This document shows positions 37,658 through 48,138 of a stretch of 64,000 nt of DNA, piece after piece. Below the pieces are notes generated by a model that worked only from the letters and a program-made list of their open reading frames with translations, searched no databases and was not told where the DNA came from. Positions within the stretch are counted from its first letter, which is position 1; every line of letters begins with the position of its first letter. The translations under genes and the position numbers were made by a program. Location of the stretch: positions 1 to 64,000 of the IMG/VR virus record IMGVR_UViG_3300023174_000002. One strand, given 5' to 3'. Source of the DNA: a virus.

Positions 37658-40600
37658 TTAACTACCAATAGTTCTATTTGTGCCTACATATCCTGGCGCA
37701 ACATAAGTACTGGCAAAGTAATTCTGGTTATTAATAGTTCCAGAATCGGATTTAAGAATTTGGTCTGAGAATAGTGTAACTGCAAACTTATCGTATGTAA
37801 AAGTTTCCATAAAATGTAGTGTTTCTACTACATTTTTTCCAACATTAAACTTATTTTCTTCAGATAGTGTAAATGCTTGTAGTTGCTGTATAAAAGCTGT
37901 ATATTTAAAAGTATCAGTAGTAGTATTAGTATCGCTAAGAGTTTTATTAAAAGTAGCATATTGATCATCATCAATATTAGCAGCACCATAATAATCATCA
38001 GTTGCCGTAACTGTATCGTATAATCCAAATGAAGAAGTTAGTCTAGTAGTAAAATCCTCAAATACAAAATTTTGATCAGTTAAACCTTTATTGGGTTTTA
38101 AGTATTGAGTATCGTTATTTTGTAAATAAACATAATTATTTGTATTATCTAAATCTTTATTAACCTGTATGTACCTTCTTTCAAGACCGCTATTTATACT
38201 TAATATTTCTGGTATAATTCGCCGATAGTACATTTCTTTAATAAGATACTCTGCTAATACTAAAGTATCGGCCTGTACTTTTCTAGTTTCTAAACTATAC
38301 TCATAATCGTCGCTGCCAATAATCTCTACTAAAAAGTCTATATAAACAACATTTGTAAATACTATATCTTCACTAGTAGTAATGCTATCATCATCGTTTA
38401 CGTGTCTAATAAATGATTTAGGTTGACTATAATTGTATATAGTATCTGTAGGAATGTACTTGTTAATATCAATAATTCTTTCTTCAAACTTACTAATTGT
38501 TTCAGTATTTGGATAAATACTAATAAACATACTGTTTGTATCGCTATTTGCAAATAGTGCTTCTTGTGGACTGTATATTGTAAAAGTTATTGGCAATACA
38601 TCAACGGCTTCGCCAATAGTTACATTATCCGCTACGCTTTTAATAAAATCAGCATACTGATCATCATCAATATTAGCTTGAGCATAGTAATCATCAGTAG
38701 CATCTATAAAATCTTGAAAATTACGAACAAAATCAGTAACAGTAAAACTTTCGTCAGTTTGTGTAACTAGGTCATTATCTGGATATTTATTAACTCGTTT
38801 TGCGTTGGTATCATCAATACTAAGCGGCTCACTTCTGTAATACTTTGAAAAGTATAATACAGTTTGATCTGTAAATGTTTTTAATTCATCAACTTGACGA
38901 TAAAAATTAGCAACACCAGAATAATAATCTTGTGCTGTTACTGCATCTGATTTTATAATACTAGTAGCAATACTATCTATATATTCTGTAATATTTGCTC
39001 TATCAACAAAAACTCTATTAAATCCTGAAATTGAAAAGTACGGATCAGTTGCAGCTAAAGCATCATTAACTACAGTATTTACATTAGCATATTGAATTTC
39101 TGATAAAGTTGCTGAATCCAGCAACACTTTAAAAACGTCGGCATAATTAAATCTACTAGTTTGAAGTAAATCAGACAATGGTTTAGTTGTATTTAAACTA
39201 ATAGGATTTAATGTTGTTGCAGCACTGGTTTCTGTAATGTACAGATTTTTAAGTATAAATAAATCTAAGTCATTTATATCTACTGGATCAACAAGCCGTT
39301 TTTTAACTGTAGCAATTTGATCATCATCAATATTAGCTGCACCGTAATAGTCATCAGTAGTAGTAATTAAGTCTTGAATATTTCGTACATAGCTAACTAC
39401 TTTTCTAAAAGTTTCGCTATGTTGTAGTTGAGAATCGCCTGTTTGTCTAATAAATCTTCGATCAAAAGCATCTTGAATACTTAATTGATTTATTTTAACT
39501 AGTTGCGACCTACTAGTAAACAATTCACTAGTTGTTTTATTTTCGTCTATATTTCGTATATAATTAACTATGCGACTAAAGTTACTTGTTTGAGTTACAG
39601 CATCAATTTCAGGAATACTTATTAAAATACTATTACTGCTGCTATTAACTATTTGATCAGTAAAACTTCTGTTAAATAGTGATTGAGAAATTAGCGGATC
39701 TGATATACTCAATAGTTCTTCAAATATTTTACTAATATCAATAACTATAGGGTTATTGATACTTAAACTATCTGCGCTAACTTTAAAATACTCTGCAGAT
39801 TCTAGATCCGATACTTTTTTAAGTTCATAGTAATTATTTACTAGTTCTAGCAGTGGTGTATTAGTACTGTATATAGCACTTTGTTTTACTGTAGTAAAAT
39901 ATTTTTGAAATCTTTGTTGTATAAGTAAATCATCATTGATTCTTTTATCAAAGTTTGCGTACTGATCATCATCAATATTAGCTGTACCATAGTAATCATC
40001 TGTAGTAGTAATAAAATCACTAATTGCACGTTTATAGTCTACTTGTCGATTAAAATCATCTGTATTACTTACACTATCCTCAAAACCTGTAGATTTTAAA
40101 ATACTGGTTTGTGACTGTGTATATATAGGACTTACAAGATATTTTGCAACATCTAAGATATAATTACTATCATTTTGTAAACTAATACTTTGTAATAACC
40201 TTCTAAAGGTCATTTCTGGTATTAATATATCAGTTGTAGAAACTGCATTTAATACTAAAGATTGTAAAGTAATTTCTGGCGCGTCTGCAGGTCTAGCAAA
40301 GCTATATAATACTCTGCCAAGTGATGTAATAAGATCTTCTAGAGTAACTACGGGACTAAGTTTTTCTAAATTATTAGTAAAGTTAACAAGTTCACTAATA
40401 GTTTTAAGTTCTTGTACATTTTTACCAATATTAAGCTCAACTAATTCATTATTAGCAGAATTTATATTGCTGTTTAATATTTTATTAGTTAAAATACTGG
40501 TACTATCAACGCCACTGTAAAAATCTTCTGGATTAATATATACTGCAAAATATGGTAGTACATCAACAAGTTCGTTAATATTTAACAGATCTACAACGCC

Positions 40601-41581
40601 TTTGTTAAAATCAGCATATTGATCATCATCAATATTGGAAGCACCGTAGTAATCATCTGTAGAGATTACTAGATCAGAAAATTCTCTGAAAATACTCCAG
40701 ACTCGTTTACTGGTTTCCTGTACGGTTAAAATTTCAGTAAACAGTTTATAGGGAGTTATTGGTGTTTCTGTAGCAACTTGCAAATAGTCTTGTAAAAATC
40801 TTAGCAAACTATAAGCATAATCAGCATCATTACTATAAGCAAAATCTGCTGATATTTCAGCACTAAATAACTTTGCTAAAATATCTGTTGTAGTAGTATT
40901 ATCTGCTTGAATACTACTAACGCTGTTGCTTATTTCTAAATCTACTATACTAGTAGTTTCTACGCCACTAATATCTTTGATGTATTGTAAGGCTATATCA
41001 AGTAATTCAGTAATAGTAAGCGTATCATTATAATTTGCGCTAAGATTATACTCAATTCCTAAATCTGCAAAATTAATTACTTCTGCTAACTCTCTACCAT
41101 ACCCTATTTGTGTAGTTAGTGTATCTGTAGTAGTATAGAAATCTCTAAGACCTTTATTAGCAGTAAATATAATATATTCGCTGTTAAAAAATACTGGATC
41201 TGCAATATCTCGCACATAGGCAACTAAACTACTAAAAGTATCTGTAATTTTATTAAAATCTTGAAATACTTTTTGTGGTTGTTTAGATATGGGATCTTTT
41301 ACTTTTAACTTGTCTAGTCCTCTAGCAAACTTACCTGGAGTTGCAGTAGTAGGTGTATCATCTTGTGTAGTAGTTAATCCTGGAACATTAACAGAAGTAG
41401 TAAGATCTGGAACAACAGGAGAACTTATAATACTAGGATTAGTAGTAGTTTGTGTTACTAAACTTGATTGACTGTTAGGCACAACGCCGGGCGCTACTAC
41501 ACCACTAGTTGCATCAGGAATTACTGTTTGAGTAGCAATAGGATTTGGTACAGTATTTGTAGTAGTAATTCCTCGTGGCAT
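37658..41581 (-). CDS. Large acidic repeat protein, probably virion-associated
   Basis: Five TDDYYxxxNIDDDQ repeats about 220 aa apart. Confidence 0.7.
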   Translation of the reverse strand: MPRGITTTNTVPNPIATQTVIPDATSGVVAPGVVPNSQSSLVTQTTTNPSIISSPVVPDLTTSVNVPGLTTTQDDTPTTATPGKFARGLDKLKVKDPISKQPQKVFQDFNKITDTFSSLVAYVRDIADPVFFNSEYIIFTANKGLRDFYTTTDTLTTQIGYGRELAEVINFADLGIEYNLSANYNDTLTITELLDIALQYIKDISGVETTSIVDLEISNSVSSIQADNTTTTDILAKLFSAEISADFAYSNDADYAYSLLRFLQDYLQVATETPITPYKLFTEILTVQETSKRVWSIFREFSDLVISTDDYYGASNIDDDQYADFNKGVVDLLNINELVDVLPYFAVYINPEDFYSGVDSTSILTNKILNSNINSANNELVELNIGKNVQELKTISELVNFTNNLEKLSPVVTLEDLITSLGRVLYSFARPADAPEITLQSLVLNAVSTTDILIPEMTFRRLLQSISLQNDSNYILDVAKYLVSPIYTQSQTSILKSTGFEDSVSNTDDFNRQVDYKRAISDFITTTDDYYGTANIDDDQYANFDKRINDDLLIQQRFQKYFTTVKQSAIYSTNTPLLELVNNYYELKKVSDLESAEYFKVSADSLSINNPIVIDISKIFEELLSISDPLISQSLFNRSFTDQIVNSSSNSILISIPEIDAVTQTSNFSRIVNYIRNIDENKTTSELFTSRSQLVKINQLSIQDAFDRRFIRQTGDSQLQHSETFRKVVSYVRNIQDLITTTDDYYGAANIDDDQIATVKKRLVDPVDINDLDLFILKNLYITETSAATTLNPISLNTTKPLSDLLQTSRFNYADVFKVLLDSATLSEIQYANVNTVVNDALAATDPYFSISGFNRVFVDRANITEYIDSIATSIIKSDAVTAQDYYSGVANFYRQVDELKTFTDQTVLYFSKYYRSEPLSIDDTNAKRVNKYPDNDLVTQTDESFTVTDFVRNFQDFIDATDDYYAQANIDDDQYADFIKSVADNVTIGEAVDVLPITFTIYSPQEALFANSDTNSMFISIYPNTETISKFEERIIDINKYIPTDTIYNYSQPKSFIRHVNDDDSITTSEDIVFTNVVYIDFLVEIIGSDDYEYSLETRKVQADTLVLAEYLIKEMYYRRIIPEILSINSGLERRYIQVNKDLDNTNNYVYLQNNDTQYLKPNKGLTDQNFVFEDFTTRLTSSFGLYDTVTATDDYYGAANIDDDQYATFNKTLSDTNTTTDTFKYTAFIQQLQAFTLSEENKFNVGKNVVETLHFMETFTYDKFAVTLFSDQILKSDSGTINNQNYFASTYVAPGYVGTNRTIGS

Positions 41582-41593
41582 TTTTAAATCCTT

Positions 41594-42214
41594 TTATACA
41601 GTTTGATTTGGCACATCGGCAGTATCATTTGTTGGACTAAATAATAGCTCTACCATACCACGAACAGGTTTAAATGTACGAGTAAAAACTGGATCTGTAG
41701 GCTCAGTTACACGTAACTCAAAAAAGCCATAACTAGCACTGTCTGGTAGTGGTTTTACATTCCAAGTACTACCTAAACTACTAGGAAATTGTACATATAT
41801 TTTATTAAGTTGAGTTATTTCCCAATTTGAATCTAAGTTGGGAGTTATTGAACTACTATAATTAATACCAGATAATAGTTTATAATACCTGTCTTTGTAT
41901 AGAATTACTTCTTCTTTATTATAAGACTGACCACTACTCCAAGTACCTAAAAATACTGGTAACCTAACAAATAATCTAGTAGTAGATGCACTAGGGTCAA
42001 CAACAGTGGGTTTTTCAGTTTGTCCACTTATATTTTTTGCTTCAATTACAACTGCCTCATAGTTATAATTACCACTAGGCTTAACGCTTGCGTCTATAAT
42101 AAAGTTTAGGGTAATAGGAAATTCTAGCTGTTCGCCATAGACCATAGACCAAAGTACTGCTCCAGCATCTGTAATTAAATCTAGACTTGTATCAGTTAAT
42201 CTTGATCGTGCCAT
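41594..42214 (-). CDS. Putative virion protein with CBM5/12-like insert
   Basis: TWSSGQSYNKEEVILYKDRYY...P...W segment; located in the late region. Confidence 0.55.
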   Translation of the reverse strand: MARSRLTDTSLDLITDAGAVLWSMVYGEQLEFPITLNFIIDASVKPSGNYNYEAVVIEAKNISGQTEKPTVVDPSASTTRLFVRLPVFLGTWSSGQSYNKEEVILYKDRYYKLLSGINYSSSITPNLDSNWEITQLNKIYVQFPSSLGSTWNVKPLPDSASYGFFELRVTEPTDPVFTRTFKPVRGMVELLFSPTNDTADVPNQTV

Positions 42215-42558
42215 GATGTTTCCCTATGTTTAATAATGGAGAGATCTTTTAACTTACTAATTTCACTAGTAAGTGCAGCAATTTCTTGATGCAATCGTTG
42301 ATTTTCAGTAGTTAAGTTTCTAATTTGTTGGTTTAGTTCAATAACTTCTTCTTGTAGTTTACCTAATTCTGTACTTAATTTTGTATTTTGCTGACTCATA
42401 CGTTCCAGTTCTTGGTGCATCATATTAAGTATAGAATTTTCTGTTTTATCTACTTTGAATCCGTTGAAGAATTTTTGTAATAGAAAACTAATAGTTAATA
42501 AACTGGCAAAACCAACACCTATAACCTGTAGTAATGAGTAACTTTCTTCTGGATTCAT
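42196..42558 (-). CDS. Membrane-anchored coiled-coil protein
   Basis: One N-terminal TM helix followed by heptad repeats. Confidence 0.7.
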   Translation of the reverse strand: MNPEESYSLLQVIGVGFASLLTISFLLQKFFNGFKVDKTENSILNMMHQELERMSQQNTKLSTELGKLQEEVIELNQQIRNLTTENQRLHQEIAALTSEISKLKDLSIIKHRETSWHDQD

Positions 42559-42619
42559 TGGTAAAAGCTCCTTGAGTTACAAACACCAAAAAATTATGAT
42601 AACATAGTAATTTTGTTAT

Positions 42620-42648
42620 ATTATAACACGGTAGGTTTAAAGTGTCAA
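42620..42648 (-). promoter_or_regulatory. Consensus sigma70 late promoter
   Basis: TTGACA-17nt-TATAAT with extended -10 TG. Confidence 0.88.
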
Positions 42649-42651
42649 TAT

Positions 42652-42695
42652 AAAAAAATACCCACCCCTGTTGTTAGGGTGGGTATTTTTTTTTT
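42652..42695 (-). terminator. Rho-independent terminator (bidirectional shape)
   Basis: AAAAAAATACCCACCC/GGGTGGGTATTTTTTT. Confidence 0.85.
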
Positions 42696-42697
42696 AT

Positions 42698-44272
42698 TTA
42701 ACGAACTGAAATTAATTTAGATTGTAAAGTCATAGTGTTTGTATACTGAGTTAAAGTACTTGTATCAGTTAGTCCATCATAAACGGTTGTAGCATTTTGA
42801 CTTACATCACCCCCAATGTATTCATTAACAACTCCACTTGGTAAAGTTACCTCTGGATGAAAGCTGCCTACATCAATATTTAAATAACTAATACCAGTAT
42901 CTATTGTATATCCAATAGCAGATATTGCAGTACCGTCTATAGGTAATTTAGCAAATAAATAGTTTCCATAGCCATTGACAGTTGTAGTTTCAAAATAAGT
43001 TGTACCTACAAGATATAAAAAATTTCCTAAACAAGTTAGTCCAGTAGGAACAGTTTGTATTGAACCAGTGTTAATATAAATAGCACGAATCCATAACACA
43101 GCACCATTTGCTGCTGCAAATTTGTAGAGTAGTATACAGTCTGCAGTTGTATTAGATCTGCCATTTGTGGCAACGTAAATATTACCACTACTATCTGCAG
43201 CAATACCCATTAAATTATTAGGACCAGAAGTTATGGGAGTGCCTGGTCCAGTATCAGTAGTTAGAGGAAACTGTGTAGTACTAGCTCTATTTCTATCTAC
43301 AACTCTTGTCCAGATTAATCCGCCACCAGAATTATACATACCAACTACCATAATATATTTAGTTGGAGTTACTGAAGCTATACTGCCAGCTATTGCCATT
43401 GCTACATTACCAGCACTAGTTGTAACAGTTCTGTATGGTACCATTTGTGCTGCTGAAGCATTATTTATTCTTAGTCTATATGCCCAACGAATACCGCCAC
43501 TACTATTTAATGCAAGTAGTGTATTTCCTGTGTTATTAATTATACTATATACACTTATATAAATATTACCACTGGTATCTATGCTAATTCCTTTACCATA
43601 AAAGGCATTAGTACTAGATATTGGAGAATACCAATATTTCCAAGCTAAAGTACCGTCGGTATAAAATTTAGCTACAAAACACTGATTAGCTATTAAACTT
43701 GAGCCAACATAACGTGAACCTTTACCTGTAATCACAACAGTATTGTCTGATGCAGAATACGCAATGCCTTCACCAAATTCAATACCACCGCTACCAAAAG
43801 TACTGTTCATTCGTTTTGCAAATGCTAAAGTACCGGTTTTAGTGTACTTGCCAAAAAGCACATCTTGTGTGCCACCGCCTGCATACCCAGTAGGTTGATT
43901 AGCAGTTCCATAACTTGTACCAACCCAGTAGAGATCTCCAGCACTGTCAACACAACAATCTTGTGCATGGCAAAAACCTGCAAATGCTCCTACTATTTTT
44001 TGCCATTCAACACTGCCAGTACTTCTAATTTTCATTATAGCATGGCCGCCGTTACTAACAACTCCATTGTCTTTTCCAACTATATAAAAATCACCAGTAG
44101 TAGGATCTACTGCTACCTGAGTACTAATATTTGTAGTATTAAAACCAGTATTACCAAAATTACCAATTCTGCCAAGCCAGGCAGTATTAATGCCTGGATT
44201 GCCAGTAGATTCGTGACCTAAACCACCAAATCCAAGAACACTCATACTTGCTGTAGTTGCAATCATTGGCAT
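42698..44272 (-). CDS. Beta-propeller (SBBP-like) fibre-tip / receptor-binding candidate
   Basis: Repeated (V/I)DxxG(N/D)xY and K(Y/F)xxxGxxxW blades; directly follows the tail fibre gene. Confidence 0.7.
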   Translation of the reverse strand: MPMIATTASMSVLGFGGLGHESTGNPGINTAWLGRIGNFGNTGFNTTNISTQVAVDPTTGDFYIVGKDNGVVSNGGHAIMKIRSTGSVEWQKIVGAFAGFCHAQDCCVDSAGDLYWVGTSYGTANQPTGYAGGGTQDVLFGKYTKTGTLAFAKRMNSTFGSGGIEFGEGIAYSASDNTVVITGKGSRYVGSSLIANQCFVAKFYTDGTLAWKYWYSPISSTNAFYGKGISIDTSGNIYISVYSIINNTGNTLLALNSSGGIRWAYRLRINNASAAQMVPYRTVTTSAGNVAMAIAGSIASVTPTKYIMVVGMYNSGGGLIWTRVVDRNRASTTQFPLTTDTGPGTPITSGPNNLMGIAADSSGNIYVATNGRSNTTADCILLYKFAAANGAVLWIRAIYINTGSIQTVPTGLTCLGNFLYLVGTTYFETTTVNGYGNYLFAKLPIDGTAISAIGYTIDTGISYLNIDVGSFHPEVTLPSGVVNEYIGGDVSQNATTVYDGLTDTSTLTQYTNTMTLQSKLISVR

Positions 44273-47200
44273 TATGCATACCTCGCTACAGAAGCTATAA
44301 TAGTATAAACTCCGCCACTGTCTTTAAGTATTGTAAAAGTATAAACGTCTACGCTGCTTGCACCACCACTGCTGGGTACAATACCGCCTAGCCATTTTAT
44401 AGAGCTAGCAGACTGTGCCACACTATCAATACTTAATGCAGCTTGATAGTATGCTGGAGTTCCATTTGATACTAAGTGAACAATAGATAAAGATCTATTA
44501 TTCGTAGCTAATAAAGTAGAGACGCCTGTAATGTTTAGGGTCCAATTTGCTGTTGGATTTGCTGTAGTCCACATAATTGGTGCAATAATAGCATTTAGTG
44601 TACAATTAGTGCCATTAGGAGAAGTGGTATTAATAGCAATAATTTCTGTAGGTGCAACAAATAATGATTTATTAAAGGTTTGTAGAGCTGTCCAAGTATA
44701 CGAAAAACTAGGGTCTAAGGCGGTAGAACTTAATACTCCGCCAGTATAACTAAGTGGACCACCAAGTGCTACTGCAGTAAAACCACCAGCACCATTACCT
44801 GCAATAATATTACTGCCACTAGTAGGACCGGCAAAATCTGTACCAGCTACAGCTGTAGCAAAAGCAGTACCACTATATTTTACTATTCCTGTACCCCAGC
44901 TACTCTTACCAGTACCGCCATTAGCTATATTTAATATACCAGTAACACCAGTACCGCCTAGTGGTAATCCTGTTGCATTAGTTAATGTAATAGATGTCGG
45001 TGTTCCAAGAGCAGGACTAACTAGTGTAGCATTACTTGATAAAACTACATTGCCTGTACCTGTAGAACCACTACTTGTGCCTGTACCGCCTTGAGTAGCT
45101 GGAAGCTGCCCAGTAGTCATAGTAGCTAAGTTTACTTTGCCCCATATTGGTGAAGTATTTGCCCCCTGCGTTAATAATACATTACCTGCAGCAGCTGCAG
45201 CTAATTTACTTAATGCAATATTACTACTTGCATATAACATATCGCCAATTGTATATGCGCTTGTACCACCTTGACCAGTACCGCCTTGAGTAGCAGGTAC
45301 TATATAAGTACTTACTAAACTACCGGCACTTCCTGTAGTACTTTGATTTAGTAATGGTACGTCTGCTGCCTGAATTCCTGACATAGTAATATTAGTACCA
45401 TCTCCACGCGCATATGTGCCACTAGTAACTACATTATTAAATAACCCATTAATAGCGTTTTGTCTTGTAACCTGACCGGTACCCCCTAAACCAATACCTA
45501 CAGTACTAGTTACACTACCAGCACTACCTGTGACGTTTGCACTCAGTGTAAGGCCAGTAAGCATAGCACTAGTAATTGCCGACATAACAGCATTACCTTG
45601 AGCATTAATTTGTAATACAGTTCCAGCAGTAAGAATATTATTAGTTAACTCATTAATTGCTTTTTGTCTATCACTTTGGCCTGTGCCACCATTAGCAATT
45701 GCAACTATACCACTAATACTTCCTGCAGTATTTGCAGTATTTGCAGTAGTTGCATTACCAATAATATTAGCAGTAATAGTAAGACCGTTTAAATCACTAG
45801 CTGCAATATTAGACATAACTATATTAGCGCCGTCACCTCGTAAATATCTACCTATTGAAGTATTACCAGCTAGGGCATTAATAGCGGCTTGTCTAGTAGT
45901 TTGTCCAGTTCCACCTTGAGTAATTTGTACTGTTTGCAGCACAGTATTAGCCTGTTCTGCAAAAGCTACATTAGCAGTGCCTGAAATAGTACTAACATTA
46001 CCGGGGCGCCAAACATTAGCAGCAGCATTGTAGATTAAAATTTGGCCTGTGGTAGCACCAGCAGTATTAGCATCTGTTAAATTACTAAGTTTTGTAGGAA
46101 CATTGGGTTTATTAAGTATAACTGCTAAACCTGTAGTAGCGTTCCAGTCACTATTAACTTGTGCTGTTGGAATATTGGGTTTATCTGCTAAATCTGCGTA
46201 ACTACCAGTAATTGCCACATTGGCTAAAAGTGGTTTACCTAGTAAATCTGTATAACTACCACTAATTGCAACGTTTGAAAAATAACCTGCAGTATTATAA
46301 TTAACACTAGTAATAAGTTTAGCCCAAGGACTCCAACTATTACTTACATCCCTGCGGCTACGTATATAGCCGTCTGCACTTACAGCAACGTTTGCTCCAG
46401 TACCTCCAGTACTAGGCCAAGCAAGGTAAATTTGTCCGTCACCTTCACCACCTAGGGTAAGCATATTTCCAAAAGCAGTTGGATAGTTATTATTGTTGTA
46501 GTTACTTCTTAAACTTAGAATATTTGACGGTTGCGCTGTTCCATTAGCTTCAGCATTAGATCTGCCTAAATTACCAGTACCAGTAACATAACCGCCTATT
46601 AAATTAGGCATAGGCACATCTACCCAGTCAACATCTGTTTCGCCAGCATTAACTCGTAAAAACTTTGTGCCTTTAGTAACATAATTAGGTAACAGATTAA
46701 TTCTAGCATTTGATGCTGTATTAGCACCAGTACCACCATTTGCTACATTTACAATGCCTGTTAGTGCAATGTTTACCTGACTGCTAGTACCACCACTTAC
46801 TAAATTTTTTTGTGCAGTAAGTGGTGCAGACGTATTAATTGTAGTTATTACATTTTTAGCATCTATTGGAGCTTCCCAGTAAGAATCAGTTCCAGTATTA
46901 TCTAAAGTTAATACCCATCCTGCCATTCCTGCACCAAGTGCAAGTGGCATAATATTTCGTCTAGCATTATCTCTAGTATTAGCATTTGTGCCACCATTAG
47001 CTATATTTAGTATACCAGTAGTTCCAGTATTTAAAGGTAGTCCGGTTGCATTAGTTAATATTGCAAAACTAGGTACTCCAATATTAGGTGTAGTATACCT
47101 AGGTATATTGCTAGCAGTATTACTACTAGCATTATTAGAAGTATTAGGAACAGAAATAGATGGTGGCGCAGTTAAAACTGGATTAGCAATAATTAAATCA

Positions 47201-48129
47201 TAAAGGATATTATTAGCAGCAGTAAGGTCTGCTCTAATTACACCGTTAGCAAAAACAATATTATCACCAATACTAACATTTTTTATACCGCCATTAGCGT
47301 TACCCATCAGCAAGTCTGCACCGCTAGTAGGGCCTACATAGTCTACGCCTGCAGTTCCTGTAATAATTGCACCAGTACTATTGCCTTTTAATAATCCAGT
47401 ACCTAGATTTGCTCTACCAGTACCACCTGAAGTAACTGGTAGAGCATTGCCTGGTGAATAGCTTAAACCTATGTTACCATCAGCTGTAAGCGGGCTGCCT
47501 GATACACTTAAGAAAAAGTTATTAGGAGTACCCAAACCAACACTGGTCAGGGCACCCACTCCACCAAGACTAATAACAACTGTATTGTTAGGACCATTAT
47601 CTCTGATAATAATGCCAGTACCTTGTGTTAATACTCGTTCATTAGTTAACTGACCACTACTGCTCATAACTACAAAACTTTCTGTAGTTTTTGCAAGTCC
47701 TGTAGTTTTTAATGTATTATTATCAAGTATTAGTCCGGTATCTAATGTAACATTTTGAAAACCGCCTGCACCATCGCCTGCCAATAAATATTCGCCATCC
47801 GTAGGATTTTCATACACAAACTGACTTAGTTCGTCAGAAACAGTATATCCTAGTGGACTAGGGTCAATATTAGATACTAGTGCATATTTAACATAATATC
47901 TGCTATTAGGTACTAAATTAGGTATATGAACTTGTAAACTTAAACCATCATATACTAGGTTACCAATTGGAGGGCTCTGAGTAGTTAAATCTTCTCCAGA
48001 AGTTAAATAACACCAAACTTTAACTGTATTTAAATCATTTCTAAATCTACCACTATAGGTATCTGTAGGAGAACTTATGCTTAAATTTAAGGATTTAATT
48101 CCAGGATTTAAATATGCTCTTACTGTCAT
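44272..48129 (-). CDS. Long tail fibre protein
   Basis: Many IANGGTG/QGGTG shaft repeats, GSYxDLxxKP repeats, knob-like YIRSRRD..SWSPWAKL segment. Confidence 0.85.
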   Translation of the reverse strand: MTVRAYLNPGIKSLNLSISSPTDTYSGRFRNDLNTVKVWCYLTSGEDLTTQSPPIGNLVYDGLSLQVHIPNLVPNSRYYVKYALVSNIDPSPLGYTVSDELSQFVYENPTDGEYLLAGDGAGGFQNVTLDTGLILDNNTLKTTGLAKTTESFVVMSSSGQLTNERVLTQGTGIIIRDNGPNNTVVISLGGVGALTSVGLGTPNNFFLSVSGSPLTADGNIGLSYSPGNALPVTSGGTGRANLGTGLLKGNSTGAIITGTAGVDYVGPTSGADLLMGNANGGIKNVSIGDNIVFANGVIRADLTAANNILYDLIIANPVLTAPPSISVPNTSNNASSNTASNIPRYTTPNIGVPSFAILTNATGLPLNTGTTGILNIANGGTNANTRDNARRNIMPLALGAGMAGWVLTLDNTGTDSYWEAPIDAKNVITTINTSAPLTAQKNLVSGGTSSQVNIALTGIVNVANGGTGANTASNARINLLPNYVTKGTKFLRVNAGETDVDWVDVPMPNLIGGYVTGTGNLGRSNAEANGTAQPSNILSLRSNYNNNNYPTAFGNMLTLGGEGDGQIYLAWPSTGGTGANVAVSADGYIRSRRDVSNSWSPWAKLITSVNYNTAGYFSNVAISGSYTDLLGKPLLANVAITGSYADLADKPNIPTAQVNSDWNATTGLAVILNKPNVPTKLSNLTDANTAGATTGQILIYNAAANVWRPGNVSTISGTANVAFAEQANTVLQTVQITQGGTGQTTRQAAINALAGNTSIGRYLRGDGANIVMSNIAASDLNGLTITANIIGNATTANTANTAGSISGIVAIANGGTGQSDRQKAINELTNNILTAGTVLQINAQGNAVMSAITSAMLTGLTLSANVTGSAGSVTSTVGIGLGGTGQVTRQNAINGLFNNVVTSGTYARGDGTNITMSGIQAADVPLLNQSTTGSAGSLVSTYIVPATQGGTGQGGTSAYTIGDMLYASSNIALSKLAAAAAGNVLLTQGANTSPIWGKVNLATMTTGQLPATQGGTGTSSGSTGTGNVVLSSNATLVSPALGTPTSITLTNATGLPLGGTGVTGILNIANGGTGKSSWGTGIVKYSGTAFATAVAGTDFAGPTSGSNIIAGNGAGGFTAVALGGPLSYTGGVLSSTALDPSFSYTWTALQTFNKSLFVAPTEIIAINTTSPNGTNCTLNAIIAPIMWTTANPTANWTLNITGVSTLLATNNRSLSIVHLVSNGTPAYYQAALSIDSVAQSASSIKWLGGIVPSSGGASSVDVYTFTILKDSGGVYTIIASVARYA

Positions 48130-48138
48130 AATAATCCT

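Noticed and set aside
37963-40660. Recurring GATCATCATCAATATT as a CRISPR array or DGR repeat
   Set aside because: Copies are ~650 nt apart, in frame within one CDS and vary mainly at codon level; no cas or reverse transcriptase gene is present
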